The notes below the pieces were generated by a model, which was not told where the DNA came from, ran no database searches, and worked only from the letters and a program-made list of their open reading frames with translations. This document shows positions 57,364-64,000 of a stretch of DNA of 64,000 nucleotides, piece by piece. A program made the position numbers and the translations under genes. The stretch spans positions 89,760 to 153,759 of the forward strand of contig JBNKRE010000006.1 of NCBI GenBank assembly GCA_050296315.1, read 5' to 3'. Each line of letters begins with the position of its first letter. Position 1 is the stretch's first letter. Origin of the DNA: Halarcobacter sp. (GTDB lineage: Bacteria > Campylobacterota > Campylobacteria > Campylobacterales > Arcobacteraceae).

Positions 57364-57388
57364 TAAAAAGTAGTATTACTTTTTACTA
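57361..57388. terminator. Bidirectional hairpin between microprotein and rsfS
   Basis: TAGTAAAAAGTA-GTAT-TACTTTTTACTA. Confidence 0.65.
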
Positions 57389-57699
57389 TCTAACTCACTT
57401 AAGAACTCTTCAATAGTGTATTTTTCTCTATATTTTTCACTCATTAAGTGAATGAAAATATCACCTAAATCTATAATAGTCCAATTATCATCTTCATCAA
57501 CTCTTAAAAACTCTTCACCAAGTGGTTTTAATGCAGTTTTTAAGTGATTTAAAAGAGAAAAACCATGTTTAGAGTTAAGTGTAGTTGCTATAACTACATA
57601 ATCAACAATATATTCTTTTGAAGTTAAATCAATAACCTCAATATTTTCCGCTTTTTTCTCATCTAAGATTGATACAATTTTTTCTAATCTTTTATCCAA
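57376..57699 (-). CDS. rsfS: Ribosome silencing factor
   Basis: LDEKKAENIEVIDL, DYVVIAT, WTIIDLGDIFIHLM, YTIEEF. Confidence 0.93.
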   Translation of the reverse strand: MDKRLEKIVSILDEKKAENIEVIDLTSKEYIVDYVVIATTLNSKHGFSLLNHLKTALKPLGEEFLRVDEDDNWTIIDLGDIFIHLMSEKYREKYTIEEFLSELDSKK

Positions 57700-58243
57700 T
57701 TTTTCCTCTACCTTCCCAAATTTTTTTTATATCTTTTCTAATTTTTTTTGGTATGAATTTTAAGTTAAAAGTATTTCTAAGTTGCGTTGAACTTATTTTT
57801 ATATCGACTTTTAATCTTTTTATACCATCAGTTTCATGTTTATAACCATCCCTTGAAACAACAACAAGCTCAACTAAACTTTTAATCTTTTCATGTTCAT
57901 TCCAAAGATCAAAATTTTTGTAATTATCAGCACCTATAACCAAATACAACTTAGTAGGTTTATATTTTTTAATTATATATTCGATTGTTTCAATAGAATA
58001 TACAGGTCTTTCCTGTTTTATTTCATATTTAGAAACTTTTATCAAACTTTGATTTTTAAAAAGTTTTTTTAAAAGTTTAAATCTAGTTTTTGCATCTAGA
58101 AAAGACTTAACCTTTAAAGGGTTTAAATATGCAGGCACAACAATCAACAAATCCACATCAAGTTTTTTGAGTATTTTTTTTGCAATTGTTTGGTGACCTA
58201 TATGGGGTGGGTCAAAACTACCCCCAAAAATAGCAATTTGCAC
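57692..58243 (-). CDS. nadD: Nicotinate-nucleotide adenylyltransferase
   Basis: IFGGSFDPPHIGH, NPLK, VIGADN, ISSTQLR. Confidence 0.95.
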   Translation of the reverse strand: MQIAIFGGSFDPPHIGHQTIAKKILKKLDVDLLIVVPAYLNPLKVKSFLDAKTRFKLLKKLFKNQSLIKVSKYEIKQERPVYSIETIEYIIKKYKPTKLYLVIGADNYKNFDLWNEHEKIKSLVELVVVSRDGYKHETDGIKRLKVDIKISSTQLRNTFNLKFIPKKIRKDIKKIWEGRGKIG

Positions 58244-58334
58244 CTATTAATTTCCTTTAAAGATATGATTAACTTATATTATAGCAATTTTTGGATAAAA
58301 TATCCCCCAAATTATTATATACAAAAGGGTAAAA

Positions 58335-59333
58335 ATGGCTGTTAAAGTTGCAATTAATGGGTTTGGACGAATAGGTAGATGTGTTGCAAGAATAATTGAA
58401 CAAAGAGAAGATATTGAGTTAGTAGCGATAAACGATACGGCAAGCCCAGAAATGTTGGAATATATTACAAAATATGATACAGTACATGGAACATTTGATG
58501 GGGATGTAAAAGTAGAAAATGGTTTTTTAAAAATGGGAAAAATTAATGCAAAACTATATTCTACAAGAGATGCAGGTGAGTTAACTTTTACTAAAGAGTA
58601 CGGAGCAGAGGTTATTTTAGAGTGTACAGGAGCTTATTTAACACAAGAAAAATGTCAAATTCATATTGATAATGGTGCAAAAAAAGTTGTTATGTCTGCA
58701 CCAGCAAAAGATGATACACCAACTTTTGTAATGGGAGTAAATGAAAAAGATTATGCAGGACAAGCAATTATATCAAATGCTTCTTGTACTACAAACTGCT
58801 TAGGTCCAGTTGCAAAGATAATTGATGATGCTTTTGGGATTCAAAAAGGTCTTATGACTACAATTCACTCATATACAAATGACCAAAATATTTTAGATGT
58901 AAAACATAATAAAGACAAAAGAAGAGCAAGAGCAGGGGCACAAAATATGATCCCTACAACAACAGGAGCTGCAAAGGCTATGAGATTGATCATGCCTCAA
59001 CTTGATGGAAAATTACATGGGCAAAGTGTAAGAGTTCCAACTCCAAATGTTTCTATGGTCGATGTAAACTTTGTAGTTAATGGTAAAACCTCAAAAGAGG
59101 AAGTTAATGCTTTATTTGAAGCAAAAGCGAAAGAATTAGCAGGAATAGTAGCTGTTGATAATGATATGATGGTATCATCTGATTTAATAGGAAATACAAA
59201 CTCAACGATTATTGCAAGTGATTTAACACAAGTAATTGGTGAAGATATGATAAAAGTAATGACATGGTATGACAACGAATGGGGATACTCTTCAAGACTT
59301 GTTGATATGGCAGTTTATGTGTCGAATAAATAA
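58335..59333 (+). CDS. gap: Type I glyceraldehyde-3-phosphate dehydrogenase
   Basis: INGFGRIGR, SNASCTTNCL, WYDNEWGY. Confidence 0.98.
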   Translation: MAVKVAINGFGRIGRCVARIIEQREDIELVAINDTASPEMLEYITKYDTVHGTFDGDVKVENGFLKMGKINAKLYSTRDAGELTFTKEYGAEVILECTGAYLTQEKCQIHIDNGAKKVVMSAPAKDDTPTFVMGVNEKDYAGQAIISNASCTTNCLGPVAKIIDDAFGIQKGLMTTIHSYTNDQNILDVKHNKDKRRARAGAQNMIPTTTGAAKAMRLIMPQLDGKLHGQSVRVPTPNVSMVDVNFVVNGKTSKEEVNALFEAKAKELAGIVAVDNDMMVSSDLIGNTNSTIIASDLTQVIGEDMIKVMTWYDNEWGYSSRLVDMAVYVSNK

Positions 59334-59346
59334 GGATTGATAGCTT

Positions 59347-60543
59347 ATGAGATTACAAGAGATAAAAAATATTGATATAGATGGAAAAAAAGTATTTATA
59401 AGATGTGACTTTAATGTTCCTATGGATGAATATAATAATATAAGTGATGATAGAAGAATCAGAAGTGCTTTAAATACTATAAGATATTGTATTGATAGAG
59501 ATTGTTCTATTATTTTAGCTTCACACTTTGGTAGACCAACTGAAGCTGCTGAGGAAAAATATTCTTTAAAACCAATTGCTAAAAGATTACATACTCTTTT
59601 AAAACAAGAGATTAAAATGGCTAAAAATGTTGTTCAAGATGACACTTTAGAATTAGCAAAGAATCTACAGCCAGGTGAAATTTTACTTTTAGAGAACCTA
59701 AGATATAACGTTGGTGAAACTAAAAATGATGAAGAGTTTGCTAAAAAACTTGCATCAATGGCTGAGATATATGTAAATGACGCTTTTGGAGTATCTCATA
59801 GAGCTCATGCCTCAGTTGAAGCTATTACAAAATATTTTGATATAAATCATAAAGCAGCAGGTTTTTTACTTGCAAAAGAGATTAAGTTTTTTCATCATAT
59901 AGTAGAATCTCCAAAAAGACCTTTTGTATCAATTGTTGGGGGATCAAAAGTATCAGGAAAACTTGAAGTTTTACATAATCTAATAACAAAAGTAGATAAA
60001 ATCTTAATTGGTGGAGGGATGGCATTTACATTCTTAAAAGCTTTAGGATTAGAGGTTGGAAAATCTTTGGTTGAAGATGATTTAATTCCAGAAGCAATTA
60101 AGATTATGGATGAAGCTAAACAATTAGGTGTAAAACTTTATCTTCCTGTAGATGTGGTTGCAGCTGAAGCTTTTGATGCAGAAGCAATAGCAAAACTTGT
60201 AACCGTTCAAGAGATTCCAAAAAACTGGATGGGACTGGATATAGGACCTGCAACTGCACAAATGTTTAGATTAGCACTTTCAGATGCAAATACTATTTTA
60301 TGGAATGGCCCAATGGGTGTTTATGAAATGGAAAAATTTGCAAAAGGTAGTACAAGAATAGCTAATACAGTTGCCCAATCTTTCGCAACAACAGTTGTTG
60401 GTGGTGGAGATACGGCTGATTTAGTTAGAGTAACTGGTGATGAAGATGATATGACATTTATCTCTACTGGTGGAGGAGCTTCATTAGAATTAATAGAGGG
60501 TAAAATACTACCAGGTGTAAAAGCACTAGTTATTGAGGAGTAA
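59347..60543 (+). CDS. pgk: Phosphoglycerate kinase
   Basis: [45 protein letters not shown]. Confidence 0.98.
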   Translation: MRLQEIKNIDIDGKKVFIRCDFNVPMDEYNNISDDRRIRSALNTIRYCIDRDCSIILASHFGRPTEAAEEKYSLKPIAKRLHTLLKQEIKMAKNVVQDDTLELAKNLQPGEILLLENLRYNVGETKNDEEFAKKLASMAEIYVNDAFGVSHRAHASVEAITKYFDINHKAAGFLLAKEIKFFHHIVESPKRPFVSIVGGSKVSGKLEVLHNLITKVDKILIGGGMAFTFLKALGLEVGKSLVEDDLIPEAIKIMDEAKQLGVKLYLPVDVVAAEAFDAEAIAKLVTVQEIPKNWMGLDIGPATAQMFRLALSDANTILWNGPMGVYEMEKFAKGSTRIANTVAQSFATTVVGGGDTADLVRVTGDEDDMTFISTGGGASLELIEGKILPGVKALVIEE

Positions 60544-60545
60544 AA

Positions 60546-62224
<1,679 letters not shown>

Positions 62225-62297
62225 TTTATAAAATAGGAGATTTTGATTTAAAATTTGGTGAAATTTTAAATTAAGATTTTATAAGTATAGGAAAAAA

Positions 62298-63506
62298 ATG
62301 AGTTTAAATTTTAAAGAATTAGCAAATAAATATGGTACACCACTTTATGTATATGATTTTAATCATATTACAAATCAATACAACGAATTAAAAACAGCTT
62401 TTAGAGCTAGAAAATCTTTAGTGGCTTATGCTGTAAAAGCAAATTCTAATTTAAGTGTTATTAAACATCTAGCTAATCTTGGAGCAGGTGCTGATTGTGT
62501 ATCTATTGGTGAAGTTAAAAGAGCTATTAAAGTAGGAATAGCTCCTTATAAGATTATCTTTTCTGGTGTTGGAAAAATTGATGAAGAGATTAGAACAGCT
62601 TTAGAGTTGGATATTTTGATGATAAATGTAGAATCTGATGCTGAGTTACAAAGAGTTGAGTTAATTGCACGTGAGTTGGGTAAAACTGCTAGAATTTCTA
62701 TCAGAGTTAATCCAAATATTGATCCTCAAACTCATCCTTATATCTCAACTGGTTTACATGAAAATAAATTTGGAGTGGATATTGATACAGCAAAAAGGAT
62801 GTATATTCAGTGTAAAAACTCTGAGCATCTAGATCCTGTTGGTATTCATTGTCATATTGGTTCTCAACTTACTCAATTAGATCCAATCAAAGAATCAGTT
62901 AAAATAGTTGCAGATTTAGTAAGAAATCTAAAAGCTATTAATATAGAGCTTTCTTTTATGGATATTGGTGGTGGATTAGGTATTGTATATGATGATGAAA
63001 AACTTATTGATACAAATGAGTATGCTCAATCAGTTTTAGAGTGTATGTTTGGTCTTGATATTACAATTGTTTGCGAACCAGGAAGATTTTTAGTTGGAAA
63101 TTGTGGTACTTTTTTGACTAAAGTATTATATGAAAAAATAAATGGTGAAAAAAGATTTGTGATAGTTGATGGGGCAATGAACGATTTGATTAGACCAAGT
63201 TTGTATAATGCTTATCATAAAATAGAAGTTTTAAATGATAATAAAGAGTTTAGCTCTTGCAATCTTGTTGGTCCAGTTTGTGAAAGTGGAGATTTCTTTG
63301 GTAAAAATATAGAGCTTCCTAAAACACAACACAATGATTTAGTTGCAATATATTCAGCTGGAGCTTATTGTTTTACAATGGCTAGTAACTATAATACTAG
63401 AGGAAAAGTAGCAGAAGTTGCAATTGAAGATGGTCAAGATAGACTTATTAGAAAAAGAGAAGTTTTTGAAGATATAATTGCATTAGAAGAGGAGTTTATA
63501 AAATAG
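62298..63506 (+). CDS. lysA: Diaminopimelate decarboxylase
   Basis: YAVKANSN, HCHIGSQ, DIGGG, EPGRF, GPVCESGD, GAYCFTMASNYN. Confidence 0.97.
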   Translation: MSLNFKELANKYGTPLYVYDFNHITNQYNELKTAFRARKSLVAYAVKANSNLSVIKHLANLGAGADCVSIGEVKRAIKVGIAPYKIIFSGVGKIDEEIRTALELDILMINVESDAELQRVELIARELGKTARISIRVNPNIDPQTHPYISTGLHENKFGVDIDTAKRMYIQCKNSEHLDPVGIHCHIGSQLTQLDPIKESVKIVADLVRNLKAINIELSFMDIGGGLGIVYDDEKLIDTNEYAQSVLECMFGLDITIVCEPGRFLVGNCGTFLTKVLYEKINGEKRFVIVDGAMNDLIRPSLYNAYHKIEVLNDNKEFSSCNLVGPVCESGDFFGKNIELPKTQHNDLVAIYSAGAYCFTMASNYNTRGKVAEVAIEDGQDRLIRKREVFEDIIALEEEFIK

Positions 63507-63509
63507 TCT

Positions 63510-64000
63510 ATGAAAAAGGCTTTTTTTATAGATGTACAAGGTACATTGATAGATGATATTGAAAAGCTACCAATAAAAGGTGCTTGTGAATTTATAGATT
63601 ATTTAAATGATAATGATATTCCATATGTTGTCATAACAAATAATACTAAACATGATAGTGAACTATTTTTAAAAGATTTAAGAACTAAAGGGCTTAATAT
63701 AAAAAATTATATTGATCCTTTTTATATCTTAAAAGATATTTTAAAAGTGAAAAAAATTGCAGCGTTCGGGCAAGAATCATTTTTGGAATTGATAGAAAAT
63801 ATGGGATATAAAATAGATTTTGAAGAAGCAGAAGCTTTAGTTGTATCAGTGAAAAAAGAGTATACAAATGAAGATTATGCAAATATGATTGAAGTTGCTT
63901 TAAAATGTAACACATTAATTGGTATGCATAATACATCAACATATAATAAAGATGGGAAAAGATATCCTGGTGTTGGTGCAATTATGAATATGGTAAAATA
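63510..64000 (+). CDS. HAD-IIA family hydrolase (NagD-like), partial
   Basis: Not in ORF track; MKKAFFIDVQGTLID motif I, ITNNT motif II; runs off window end. Confidence 0.85.
   Translation, partial: MKKAFFIDVQGTLIDDIEKLPIKGACEFIDYLNDNDIPYVVITNNTKHDSELFLKDLRTKGLNIKNYIDPFYILKDILKVKKIAAFGQESFLELIENMGYKIDFEEAEALVVSVKKEYTNEDYANMIEVALKCNTLIGMHNTSTYNKDGKRYPGVGAIMNMVK

Noticed and set aside
63694-63981. 95-aa minus-strand ORF and the other short antisense/overlapping ORFs in the track (e.g. 1873, 4348, 9527, 11336, 17097, 26895, 31453, 42872, 56236, 58997)
   Set aside because: Lie within well-supported genes on the other strand or frame, with no independent RBS, promoter or motif

Overview
Strongly AT-rich chromosomal window from a Campylobacterota bacterium, most likely Arcobacteraceae (inferred from napAG order, NssR-type regulator and the ctpA-purC-purS-purQ and nadD-gap-pgk-tpi-fabI syntenies). 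About 48 kb (1-48,069) is a nitrogen-oxide super-cluster. (i) 1-15.9 kb: anaerobic/nitrosative module (napA, napG, NIT-domain chemoreceptor, nnrS, HPP protein, Cys-rich microprotein, class III RNR, moaA, hcp, cytochrome c, Crp/Fnr regulator plus kinase-less NarX-like sensor), tied together by ten TTGA-N6-TCAA boxes, each exactly 22 nt from a -10 hexamer. (ii) 15.9-24 kb: iron-uptake block with Fur-like boxes (Fe3+ binding protein, exbB-exbD-exbD-tonB, TonB-dependent receptor, FMN alpha-hydroxy-acid oxidase, PiuC). (iii) 24-48 kb: assimilatory nitrate/nitrite cluster (nirBD, PP2C-Ser/Thr kinase, FNT channel, heme-c histidine kinase plus response regulator, nasA, nrtABD) with its own 17-bp operator, interrupted by a type I restriction-modification island (hsdM-hsdS-hsdR-YgjP-like peptidase). 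48-64 kb is mostly housekeeping. Best leads: a class III RNR whose glycyl-radical loop is encoded as a separate 46-aa gene; two candidate Nss-controlled regulatory RNAs; an 8-Cys microprotein with a perfect promoter; the kinase-less sensor/Crp-Fnr pair; and an apparently uncharacterised nitrate-assimilation operator. I saw no rRNA, tRNA, CRISPR array or intact integrase/transposase. All assignments come from reading motifs by eye; no database searches were run.
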